Shown: piece after piece, positions 9,181 through 23,111 of the stretch
How positions within the stretch are numbered: the stretch's first letter is position 1
Layout: every line of letters begins with the position of its first letter
Assembly: GCA_049999805.1 (NCBI GenBank)
Contig: JBNGIO010006303.1
Location: 201,775-259,465, forward strand
Direction of reading: 5' to 3'
Origin: Folioceros fuciformis
Lineage: Eukaryota
Length of the DNA: 57,691 nt
The notes under the pieces: generated by a model
The model's database searches: none
Told to the model about the DNA's origin: nothing
Seen by the model: only the letters and a program-made list of their open reading frames with translations
Position numbers and translations under genes: made by a program

Positions 9181-10920
9181 GATCCCTTTAGGCTGCCCAC
9201 CTTTCAATGCATCACTGAATGGCTTGCCAAGGGTTTGGTGTTGATTACTCTAAGTGTTTAACGGGTTAACGGGTCTAGGAAACTGTCCATACTTGTACTA
9301 TAATCTTGCCGACAGAGAGTCTTGCTAGGTACTTGCACAAAGGGAGAGGCCACAACACCAGATTGAGGCATGGCAAGTAGAAGGCACTCTGCATGTACCT
9401 GTCAATTCGCCACTTACCACAAAACAGCTCCCCAGCTCTAAGAAATGCACATACAACAACACCCAGATCACGCGCTGGAGGAGCTCATCATGAGCGGGTT
9501 AGAGGTGATGAGCTTGAATGTCGTCAGCGATGAGCCGACTTGAAGGTCTTCGGCTAGAGGTGATGAGCCTGAAGGTCTTCAGCCATGAGATGACTACGCA
9601 CTGTATTGTTTACTCGAGATTCGGGTCACCCGTTTTTGCTTCACACCCAGAATGCACAATGACGACCCTCGAGATGCGCACACGTATAATGGTGTGACCA
9701 TGCGTATCCTGTAGGATACGCCTTGGGCCCGTATCTCAGGGATACGGCATACCCAACTTGATGAAACCGCAAGAATGACACACCCTATTGTGTTGTAGCC
9801 TTTTGATAAAAAGTCTACCATTCCCGCGAGGTTTTATGGCAATTAACAATGAAGCAACTTAATGTAATTAACAATGGAGTGGAATTGGCACTGACCGTTC
9901 CCTTCAACAAGCATGACTTCCTCATCTTGGGTGCTATAAAGGGACCCGCAACCTCTATAAGGCAATGCTACTTTCTATCCTTGAGCACTTTTCCTATTTT
10001 ACATATGTCGAGATGTCTTTGTTCTCTTGCACAATTTTAGCAACTCAATCTTTAACAATGCATCTAAATTGCATGCTTTATGTTTCATTCAATGTGCGCC
10101 ATCCTTTTGCTGTGTTGCATGACTAACTATTATGATTCACTCCCTCAAATGTCAAATGTTGTAAACAAGAAAAAATATAATAAATTACTCTTACAAGAAG
10201 CAAGAAGAACTACTTGTTAAGGGGCACTACTGATTAGCCTTTGGATTTTTGAGATTGAATTTGATGAAATCCACCAAAGTATTGTAAGTTTTATTTTTAA
10301 ATTTAAAATTTTAATCTATTTTTTCTTATTTTATATTTTTAAAAATATGATAATTATAAGATTTAGTTATAACTTTATTTGTCGGACTGTATATAATTTA
10401 TGTATTTTATGGTTGTAGATGTACTGTCTATGCAACCATGGGTGGCAAAATGTAGAAGAAATCATGCGGTGGATAAGACGGTTCAGGGGGGTGAAAAAGT
10501 TTGGCGGGGTGCCGAGTGCGTAAGTGAATAGTGAAGGGCGAAGTGGGTTTATCGCAGAGTAGGGAGCAAGAATTAGGGCCAACGCCAAAGCTTAGAAGTA
10601 ATCTGATTGGAAGCTGCAGCTCCCACGGGCTTTCTGCTTTGCCCAATGCCAGCCGGGATCGGAGGCTTGTGTGCTGGATCCTGGTCGTCTCCGAGACCAG
10701 TGGCTTTGGCCGGCACGCGGATCTGACCCGGGCTGGAGCCTTGTGACGTCGAGATGACCCCGCGCGCCATCGGCGTACTGCTGAGGCGGAGTCGACCGGC
10801 TGCCGCTCCCTGCACGCTCTTCCCCCTGATCGCGTAGGAGGGAGCGGCTTCATCCACTCGGATCCACTGCCACCCGCTGCCACTGCTTTCGAGGATCCAG
10901 GGAGTGGCGCTCAGCCAGGC

Positions 10921-12370
<1,450 letters not shown>

Positions 12371-12865
12371 GACTGAGGCACATTTGCGTTTCCGAGGAGG
12401 CTACAAATCCTGAAGCTGGCCTCTTCACCACGTTTTAGTACATGTCATTGTTTCTACTTCATTCGGCGGCGGCTCATATGGACGATTATGCAGGTTGTTG
12501 GTGTCAGTGACGGCGGATCAGCTGATCGTGTCCACAGATGCAGCCACCACTGAGATGCAGACGTATTTCCTGTTTATGGATCTTGAAAACTCAACGCTCT
12601 CCAGACTGGGAAGCCAGGCTCTTTCCAGTTGCTGCCCAGACAGAGAGAGAGAAGCGAGAGAGAGAGAGTGTGTGGAAGAGCGTGGTGCCGTGATTTGGCA
12701 CCTCCCATTTTTCAGAGGATCCCTCTGGATGCTCTAGCGTTCTGCCAACCCTTAGTGTTGTAACTTTACTCTAGCTCTCATTTTCGGCAGAATGTTCCTC
12801 CTTGAGATTGAGGGTCGTGATTCGTTATTGCTTGTCGTCCATGGATGTTGAGGAAATGGCGGGAG

Positions 12866-13013
12866 CCTTAGTTCCCACTAGCGATGTATCGCTGACTAGA
12901 TCCGCAGGGAAATCCCTTAGTTCCCGCTAGCGATGCAACGGTGACTCGATCTGCAGGGAAATCCCTTAGTTCCCGCTAGCGATGTATCGGTCACTCGATC
13001 GACAGGGAAATCC
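12866..13013. repeat. 49-bp tandem repeat x3
   Basis: CCTTAGTTCCC.CTAGCGATG.A.CG.T.ACT.GATC..CAGGGAAATC units at 12866, 12915, 12964. Confidence 0.92.
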
Positions 13014-13329
13014 CACTGCCTGCAATCTGAAAATTGCAGGCAAGCCAATCAGTATTCCAGAACACGTTCGTACAGACCCTGGACTCTGACCATACTCTGC
13101 CTCGGAAGTAGGGTTTTAGAAGGTAAGCCCTAACGAGTTGCTGTGGTAAGGAACGAAAGGGTGTGGGGCATCCCATCTCTATGAACTCCCGTGTTCATTC
13201 CTCTTCCCACATCACTGCACGATTTGGTGAAACTCGAGCTTCTTGTCCCATCTGCTTCCGCTTTCCGCTCGGTTCACTAGCAGCAGCAGTGGTGGAGCCA
13301 TCTCATCAGTGAACGTGCCCTGCCTGCCA

Positions 13330-16300
13330 ATGAAGCTCTTCATCGAGGTGGAGATCACTCCCGACGAGATCCCCTTTTGCACCGAGCTCTTCCGCACCTT
13401 GCGGTCTGTCCAGCAGTCTCCTCCATTGCTTCCGCTGCTTCCTAGATTTCCATTCTCTAGGCATTCGAATGAATTTTGTGAGCAATGGAGTTGCTGGACT
13501 GCGGAATTTGTTTGGCCGGCGCCAGGAATTGAAACGATTTTCTTGCCTTGTGCGCTGCGGTTGATGTGCATTTCTGGAATTTTCTGCGCACACGCCTAGC
13601 TGCGTAGCGTGCGTGAGCTAGACTTGTGTGTCTGCGCAATTGCCAAATAGCGTGGGAGGGATCGCAGTTCTCACCGCTCTCAACCTCTCAGGACACTTTC
13701 TGACCATGTGAAGACACGCGATAGTGGAAAATTGTTCCACGCTCTCATTTCCCGGCTTGAAGATGCCTCGCGTCTGGATTCCGTGGCCTTGGAGATTTCG
13801 AGTATCCTCAAGGAAAACGGAATGACGGATGAGGTGACTTTGACAGATTCGATTGGCCTTTTCCCGTCCTGCAAATTGCGGACGCTCATGCCCAGGGTGC
13901 TTGCAGGTTTTGGATGATCTGTTCCGGGCATTTGTAGCCGTCGTATTCAATCGCGATCTAGTTACGCGTCAACAGAGCGTGGTTCCCTTTATGTTCCTAC
14001 TGCCGAGGTAACCGCTGACGTCCTCGTTTGTTCGGTTTTGCTATTGGCTTGCGGGCCACAGTGTCTATGTGAGGCCTGAGGTTTTTTTTTTTTTTTTTTT
14101 TTGTGATAACATCAGACTCCCAGAACTTGCGAAAGCCAAATTGAGGGATTTGCTGATACCGCAGGTTCTAGTCGTCACTTGGCTACAGCTTCTGTCATAC
14201 ATTGCCTTGTGTCTTAGGTGTGGGAGTGGCTTTGAGACCGCGTATAAGCTTCTTTTGATTTGCTTTGTTGGCTATGTTAAGGTACTCAAGCATTTGACCA
14301 TTAAAAGGCCGGTAGAAACAAGTCGAATGGATTTTTTTGCTCATGCTGAAGCGTTTGCAGCTCTTGTTAATATGGAGTTCGTCTCGATTTCTGGTAAGCT
14401 GTGAATCTCGTTTGTGGGCCTAGGATTATTATCTATTCTATAATTTTTATTTTTCTTTGGCAACAATACCACGAATCTTATGAGGAACTACCAAAGGCGT
14501 CGTACATGTGGGCTCAGGTCCCTCAAGTGTGGGGTTCTAGCAAGCATGTCGCATTGTGTCTGTGAACAAATCAGTCGTGGTTAGAAAGGCTGACAGTTCT
14601 TGCTCTGTCATGTGCATTTTGCAGGCGCTGTCACTACAATCATGACCCTTTTGCAAAAGCCTGAGAATCGGTGCGCTGCTATAACTATGCTCGGAAAAAC
14701 AGTGGAGCTATGTTTGCAACAGGTGGTGCGCTGATCCTGCCTTAAAGTTTTTGGCATCTGATTGTCGAGAAACTTTATGATGATGGCTGTGGAATGTCTT
14801 CTGTTTCTATCATCAGCCGAGTTATTTGTGGCATTTTGAATTTTGCTGGAGCATGCACCCCAGAGAAGTAAGTGATTGCTCGTTTTTGAATTGGTATGGT
14901 GAAGCTTACAGAAAAGTGTGATCCAAGTGTGCTTGCTAAGCTCAACATGGCCTTGCACAGTGTGACAGAAGATTCTTTTCAGTACGTCTCTTCATCTGAC
15001 TGGCTTCTGGCTAGTTTCACCTAGAATTCCGTCGAGGCCAAGGTCTTTTGGCTCCTTTTAGTACATCTCTGCACTTGACCGTCACTAATCTTGAATATTA
15101 TCATGGTAGATATGACATCAATTACATTGAGGAGAGCATGGGCTGGATTCGACAACAGCCGTCTGGGGTTGCACTTGATCAAGCAGGTGCCTCCCAGGCT
15201 GATTTGAAACAAGGACTTAGTGACCTTGTGGCTCCATCTTTAGGTATGGGCATCTGCATGGCTTGTCTTCTTGCTTGCTTTCTTTCCCTCTTTCCAGAAT
15301 TACCCTTTGGCTTTTGGCTGGTTTTCCCCATTTTTTGTGATGAGAAGAGTACGTTGTTGAGAGAAGTCGAGGAACGTTCATAATTTGAATTTTTCCACAC
15401 AGAAGTTTCTCAGCATTTTCTAAGCCAAGAAATCCGGAGGCAGAACGGTAGAATGCACTTCATGTCCTCAAAGTAGACAGGGTAACTCAAATGCCTGATG
15501 GAAGCCTCAAGAAGCCTTGATCTAGAAAATAACATTGTTTAGGTTAGCCCAGGTGGCAAAAAACCATAACATGTTGCAATATGTAACCTGCTATGAATAA
15601 AGACGCAATTTCCGTCTGACTCCGTTGTCAATGGCCAAACCTCCGGGCACCTTGATGCACCAGGAGTGACCAGCAGTTTAGCATCTTGTCGTTGTGATTG
15701 CCTGCAGGGCTGAGTGCGGTAGAGTCTTATATTGGCCACCGGAGCACCATTTTTGCGATGTCATTTGGTAAGTTTAAAGCTGATTTGCTGCACTGTTCAC
15801 TTCTTGTACGGGTATAGATGTTTGGACTGCAGTGACTTTGTTTCTATGGTACAAATTAAACAGTTTGGTTGTCAGGTATAATTCTTAAATGCTTCAGCTT
15901 GGCCCTGGCAGTAATGGTTGTGAGCTATTTGAGGGAGCGCTTATTTTTCTTGGTGTCTTTTTCCAGATGAAAAGCGAAATCAACTTGTGAGTAGTGAGAA
16001 GGACGGCAAACTGCTTGTGTGGGGAAGTGATGGGCAGGTACCCGCGATTTCTATTGTTCAATGGGTCTGGATATCTCAATACCCGCTCAGGTTTATCTGA
16101 AATTTGTCTGTCCTGATTCTTTGCGCGAATTGTTGGTGTCGAAGTAGGAAGGATGAGTGTGATATGACTTGATTTGAAAGCTTTGGATGTCTGCTTCTAT
16201 GGGTCTCTTTATTTTCTATTGATTCTACCTTTCGCAGCTGTTAGAAACTGAGGATCTTCCTCGACACTATGCTTGCTCAATGGACATTCATCGGAGTAAT

Positions 16301-17974
16301 CAAACTTTGCTCATTTGCGGAGTGGCCAAGGTGAGCGATGCCCTACGTTTACTTCATCTTGCTATCGAACGGTGGAACCACGAAAAAAAGCCACTGTGAC
16401 GTCCCTGAATCAACCAGGTGACTTTGAAGTTTGTGCTTTGATGCCATGCCTGCATAGAAAATAGTGCTGTTGCAAGAAACTGACTCCAGGGATGTAATGG
16501 TGCAAAGCAGTAGCATAACACAGACTGATAGAAACTAGGAGGTTGGGATTGTATACCAACTGAACTTGGAACATGCTGCTTGGTAGGGACGTGTCATGAG
16601 CTTGCCAGGTCAGGTCTAGGGTTTTTTCCATCTTACTGCACTGAACTTAAGGCTGCTTTAGTCCGGTTTTGTATGTTTGATAACGAACGTTTCATTTCAC
16701 ATACTTTTCTCTTATTTCTCGCTGGCAGGAGGAGGCTGTGAATCAGCGCCTTCCTACTGCACCTTGTGTGATCCAGTATGGAGCAGCTGGACGTGGGTGG
16801 AAGGAGCACGGTGTTCTGTGTAAGGAGTCTGCAAAGCTCATCTCAACCATCAAGGTAGTTATGTCTCTCGCTCAATTTGCGTGAATGTGTTGAATCAGCA
16901 GCATCTTGTACCCTAGGAGGCACTTTTGGTTATGATTGTAAATGGCAGGCTATGTGTGGAGCTGAACCTGCATTTATCACAGGAGAGACGCATCTTTGTG
17001 CGGCGAATGAAGGGTATGGTGGGAAGGTTTGTGTGGGGAGGTTGATCTTGGATGGGATAGGTCAGAAGCAACTAATCCAGTGGTTTGCAGGGCCGGACAG
17101 AAATCTGTGGAACGTCTGTGCTATTATGACTTACAAGTATCATCGTCGTTTGCAACACTGCAGCCTGTGACGCAGTATGATGAGCATGAGGTGACTGACT
17201 AGCCTTCAATTTTGATGGCCGCATGATGTTCATTGTGTCGTCTGTATGAACGGTTCTATGGAACGTCTCTTGGGGTGCAGGATCTGATTACGTGCCTCTC
17301 GTTGTTTCCCCCGAATCACAACTTGTTCTTGTCTGGGTCACGAGATTTTAGCGTGCGCGTATGGGACCGCAGAACCGACCGATCTGTGGGTCAGTGCCGT
17401 ACCACAGACATCTGGTTGCGGGTTTGGCTTGTGGTCATTTGTGGGAATGATGTATTTATGTGGTTGGCACAGGGACGTTTGGCGGGACGGTGAAGAATGG
17501 AAGGGTGCAGGCACACTGTCAAATGGTAACGAGCGTGGATGCCAGCGACGCTACCATGATCCTGTCTACTGGACTCGACAAACGAGTTTGCAGATGGGAT
17601 TTTCGAGCTCTTGGGGATCTGGTAGGTTTGCTCTTCCGAAATGTCGCCAGGGGGCAGCTGAGTCCATCGCTGAACTTACCTGAGGCTTAATGTTTCAGGG
17701 ATGCAGCGGTCCTGTGCATTGTCTGCAGCTCGACAACACCGCTGTTCTGAAGGTGGCCATCGGGAATCTGAATAGAGCAGCGGTGAGCACTTTGCGTGGC
17801 CTCTATCTGGTGGACTTTTCTGGAGCTGCCCCGGCACCTCGCCTGGCGGAGCCCTTCACCGACAATCGTCGGATTGGCACATACCACGACCTGATGTGGG
17901 CAGGGGGGAAGAGACCGAATGTACTGTTCGCTGCTGGCGATGAGATGCGCGTCGATGTGTACACCATGATGTGA
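13330..17974 (+). CDS. multi-exon protein: N-terminal alpha-helical domain plus C-terminal WD40 beta-propeller
   Basis: Splice-compatible exons: MKLFIEVEITPDEIPFCTELFRTLR, ...VLDDLFRAFVAVVF, ...FFAHAEAFAALVNMEF, GAVTTIMTLLQKPENRCAAITMLGKTVELC; then WD blades GHRSTIFAMSF...LLVWG, EHEDLITCLSLF...LSGSRDFSVRVWD, AHCQMVTSVD...STGLDKRVCRWD. Stop at 17974. Some central exons uncertain. Confidence 0.8.
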
Positions 17975-19680
17975 AGTGAGCTGCTGCAAGGAAGTGGCCT
18001 CGCTTGCAACGACGGATGGCGCACAGGAAGCTGTGTCGACTACTAACAGTAGAATGGCGTCGATGCTGCAGCTAACTTTGTGGACCCCGTGACTGACACT
18101 CCGTTCGTTAGGCTCCGTAAATCGTCGACTGATATGGTTGGCGGGCGTCCTCAAGACCGTCGGCTGGGCTTTTGAAGGGGCAGGAGCTGGTAGTAGCAGG
18201 CATCGGGATGAGGTGGAGACGACAGGCTAGATGGAAAGAGGAGTGCGGTCAGAGGCTAGTCGTGGCGATGTTGAGGGGGAAGAGCACGGTAATTGACTCT
18301 TTCGGGGATGCAAGTTCTGGCGAGTGGTCGCCGTCCATGTGCGAGGAGCTGAACCGTCGCGCGGAGGATGACTATTGGCCGGAGCCAAAGGACCGTGATG
18401 GTAGCGTGGGACGTTACCGGCGGCAAGGCCAGCATGTCGACCGCCGCCGCTCGGGCCTGGAGAAAATGCCTGGCGCATCGTGGGCCTGGTTGAAAATGGC
18501 GGAATGTGATACACCATGTCGGAGCCGTCGGAAGCGATTCCGGGCGAGCGGGACACTGACGGTCACCGCCGCTGAGAGAACCGTGCTCGTGGTTTGAGCT
18601 GTGGGGAGGCGTGATGCACCAATGTCGTCTCTTCCTTGGCGGCCCTAAAGCTGAGGATAAGTGGGATGTTTGTACGGTGGATGATGACGGACCTTTCCCC
18701 TCCTGGTTCTAACTCTCTCTGGCAGTTCACTCGCTCACTATTTCTTCTGGATGAGACCCCAAACTACGGCAAACCGAAGAAACAGAGGGGAGGGAGGAGG
18801 GTATAATAACTTTTTCTTCAACTTTATCGCTGTAATGCCTACCACGAACAATTATGATGCCCACTACGAATACTTGTTTCTCAAAATGAACAATCATAGG
18901 GTGCAGATCGGGTAAAAGATTTAGGTTCGACTCTAGGTTTGGCAGCAATTTAGCAATTGTCGTCTCGTACGTAGGTGCGAGGTAACCCCGCCCGGGGCGA
19001 TGGAGGGGCAGGTGAGGCGCTTTGGCCCTCCGATTTGGCTGTAGCCTCGGCCACACAGCAAAGTTGACAAGGTTGGAAGCCTTCCGAAATCCCGGATCGG
19101 TTGACCATAGCGTATATTATATACCTTTATATACTTTTAGAGAAAATATTAAAGAAAAGGTAGCCACATACGAGTTTCTTTAGTTATTCACAAGGTTGGC
19201 CATTGGCTGGGGTTCTATATTTCCTTGTTTTTAAGTCTAGCAATTTTGAATATTCTAAACCATCCCAAGGGAGAAATCTTGAATAAGGGCTATGACTGCC
19301 ATGTATAACATACCCACTTAACTGAAGGAGACTTTGCTCCTCCCAAGGTCATCTCAATATATACCTAGATACCATGGCAAGTTGTGTGGGACTTGGGAAG
19401 AACTCTATCTCCTCCTAAAGATCCCTGCCCTTTGCCACTAATGTGGAGTTGTCAAGCGATTTGAGTTGATGGTGGTACAAACTAGAAGCTTGAAATGTCA
19501 CAGCCCACAACTCCTAATATGACATTGTCGACTACAAACCTGCAACAAATGTCTACATACATATCTTGGTCTTGATATTTAGGTGTGGGGCACTCACAAA
19601 CTCAGGTAGAGTGTTCAAATCAAAAACACTGAAAATATCCATCCCAAAATTGGACAGGCAAAAAAAGAACACTTTCCACC

Positions 19681-19683
<3 letters not shown>

Positions 19684-19722
<39 letters not shown>
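19684..19722. repeat. (TA)n microsatellite
   Basis: About 19 TA units, with a shorter TA run at 19741-19756. Confidence 0.95.
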
Positions 19723-19725
<3 letters not shown>

Positions 19726-20050
19726 CTTAATTAAAGTAGTTATATATATATATATATTTAAAATGAGTATGATTAATTATTTAAGTTATATATAAATTTT
19801 TAGTTATTCTTTTTCAGGTTATATATATGTGCATAGGTAAATCTAAATAGTATGTAGTAAGTCTCTTTTTACTGACAAGCTCTCAAGTAGCTCAAGGGAT
19901 TTCATCCTTTCTTGATTCTCTAAGAATGTTTTCTATATATTGCAAATAAAAAGAGCAATCTAAGTGATTGCAAATTCACTAAAATCTCAACAGTTATCAT
20001 CTTGCAAGAACTTATAAACATCTCACTTTTGCCACAAAATCAACTCCAAC

Positions 20051-21876
20051 ATGGGAAGAGGACCAGGTGTTAGAGGTGCTGCTTTCAGATTCAAAGAAAA
20101 AGAGGTGGATACTTTTATCCTTCTTCCCACAAATTATAAATAAATTATGTAAAAAAAATATTATAAATAGTTTTTTTAATTATTATTATTATTATTATTG
20201 TGTATCAGATTGCAGATATGGAGAGAGCACTAGACATTACAGATGGTGCAACTCCAGCACGCAGAATTATCCAAAGTTTAGCAAATTCTTTTAGGTTATT
20301 TATTTTGTCACTTGGTCTGCATACCTCTCTCCATCTTTGTTTTCCAACAAAGCCTACATTGTCTCTTTATACCTCTCTAACCTTTAATTTAAAACTTTAT
20401 GGGACAACAAAATCAAGATTCTTTACATCATTGTGGTTAAGCTCATTCAATTTGAAGCAAAATCCTTACACCATGCACTTGCAATCTATTTGTGAGACTT
20501 TCCAGCGAGTCTCCTGAACGTGCTGGTCACAAAGAAATACAATGGAAACAGGTACATATTCCTCTCCTTCTTCTTCCAAATCTTTATTTAAGTTCTTTAT
20601 TTGCTATTAAGCGGAACAATCAATCTCAACCAATGTCTCATTTGGTCTTCACTATGGGCAGGTGTGGAATTGGTTCCAAAATAGAAGACATGCACAAAAA
20701 CAAAACGTTGCACGCATGCCTGGTAAAATGTTTAGAAAATCGTTACATTTTAGGAATGCCTTTACATAGGAATTCATGAATTGATGATGTTATCTTCCTT
20801 ACCTATGAAACACTGTAGCTTCTGTAGAAACACCTAAAAAACAAGGTCGCAAGTCTTTGGAAGGTCAACAACTCAAGTATGAAGCAAAATCTACAGATGG
20901 AGCATGGTAGCATATTAANNNNNNNNNNNNNNNNNNNNNNNNNNNNNNNNNNNNNNNNNNNNNNNNNNNNNNNNNNNNNNNNNNNNNNNNNNNNNNNNNN
21001 NNNNNNNNNNNNNNNNNNATTCAAATGATCCGGTAAATGCAATTTCCATTTGGTGTCTTAAATTGTATCTTTGGTTTCAAGTTTTTCCTTAACAATTATT
21101 AGTGATTGTTTTCTAAGATATGGAAGTACCTTGGGTTCATAGCAAGTGCAAGTAAGGTATTCTGGTTTTGGACCTGAAGATGATGAGTGGGTTAGCTTAA
21201 AATCATCCATTCGGCAACGATCACAAGCCTGTGAAGCCTCCCACTGTGTAATTGTGCTCCCTGGTGACCTTATTCTCTGTTTTCAGGTACTGCACCAAGA
21301 TTGCGTCTTACAATCTACAATTTCATTATAACTTCATTCAATATAGGTACTCATATGTCAAATGTTTTGCAGGATACTAATGAGCAAGCTTTGTACTTTG
21401 ATGCCGAGATTTTAGACGTGCAAAGACGGCAACATGATGTTCGTGGATGTCGATGTCGGTTTTGGGTTCGATACAAACACGATGAGTCTGAGGTACATGT
21501 TTTGTACTAATGGTATGCCAAGAGGAGGAGGAAGTTTGCTTTGTTTAAGACTCCACGACTACTATAATTGTAAAAGGCTTGTTTTTCATAGGAGGTAGTC
21601 CCTTTGCGAAAGGTTTGTCGCAGACCAGAACAAGATTATCGACTACAATATGTGGATGGTGGAGGTCCTAGCTTGGAAGACGCTTCCATCAAAAACTTGT
21701 CTTCAATAACAAGAGTAGGAGATAGCAAGCCCATTGCAAGCACAATCACTTTGGTNNNNNNNNNNNNNNNNNNNNNNNNNNNNNNNNNNNNNNNNNNNNN
21801 NNNNNNNNNNNNNNNNNNNNNNNNNNNNNNNNNNNNNNNNNNNNNNNNNNNNNNNGTACAAGATGGTTCCTTGTAA
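20051..21876 (+). CDS. SHH: SAWADEE homeodomain homolog (SHH1/SHH2-like histone reader)
   Basis: [14 protein letters not shown]...IADMERAL...[24 protein letters not shown] (homeodomain); [24 protein letters not shown]...[70 protein letters not shown] (SAWADEE). One exon and the 3' end are obscured by N gaps. Confidence 0.92.
20919..21018. other. assembly gap (100 N); further gaps at 21756-21855, 34666-34765, 35192-35591
   Basis: Runs of N. Confidence 1.
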
Positions 21877-22753
21877 ATAAGAAACTTGTTTCAAATAAAT
21901 GAGAATCTAGTATGGAAAAAAAAAAAAATCTGAAATTTGGATATACCTGGAGTTCCTTATAGATGGTGAAAATGAGAAAGGACTTCAATTGATTGAATCC
22001 AAAGTTCCTTGTTGGTGATGATAATGGGAGAAGACTCATATTAACATAGATTTAAACCATACTTGGAGGAGGTTAGTAGCTTCATTGAAACCCATGTGAT
22101 CTTTGAAATATTTTTCAGGTTTGTATTAAAATTTTTTCAATAGGCACATCAAATGGGTCTCCCCACTTTCTCTATAGTAGTCTTTAACCTTTTTACATAT
22201 TCAATAAGTCGTAAATTATACTACTCTTGATAGATTGAAAAAAAAGTATTTAGTGATATCTTTTGCATTCGTAAACCCATCTTTATCACCCAGAATCTTT
22301 CATCTTTTCCCGTCCTTCATACCATTCCTTGCATCCATCCCAACAATAAGCCAAAGGCCTTTCAACTCAGAAATCAGTCATTAAAGCCTCAACCTTAAAT
22401 CACCTAAAGCTAAGATAAAGTTGTGTGGGGATACGGTCCCCCGGGCGTCGTTAGGTCGGCGTGACTAAGAGCGCCTGACCATAAAAATAGTGGCCTCGCC
22501 TCGCATGTTTTTCCGGAGGTGGAAGATGAATCTGTCATTCGCATGGCAGGCATCACGTGCGTCCCAGGCACCACGTGTGCTGACACGGATCTATCTGCAA
22601 GCACCAAGTGTCCGCCGACCCTCTGCTTGGATTCCCACTGTCCCATCTGTTCTGCACCCGGTCCCCATCTCGTCCTCCCTTTCACACGGACTGAAGTTCT
22701 TTGTTGGAAATCTGATGCAATCACCACGCTCTCCCAAAGTATGGAGGAAATTC

Positions 22754-22788
<35 letters not shown>

Positions 22789-23111
22789 TGTAGAGTGAGT
22801 GATGTATTTTCTGTGTATCGCATGGCACTCCGCGACCAACCTGACTGCCTCTCTTCACATGCCATCCTAAGGCTTCTCTTTCCTTTCGGGTCGGGCTTGT
22901 GACTCTGCCAACTCCTGTCATTTCCTGCAGCAAAAGTCTCCTCCTTCAGTTCATCCTAGGCTGTTTCGGGATGGAGGTGACTGTCTGCACGGGACTGGCG
23001 GCACGGCCTTGGAGAAGGAGAATTTCTCATCACTCAAGTGCAACTTCCAACTTCAACACCTGCGGGTTTAGCTCGTGGGTTTGCAGAAAAGAAAATTGTA
23101 GCCAGCAAAGA

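Noticed and set aside
18924-18933. tRNA/SINE B-box GGTTCGACTC
   Set aside because: No A-box or cloverleaf around it.
18000-19100. GC-rich ORFs downstream of the WD40 gene
   Set aside because: No recognisable domain or consistent splice model.
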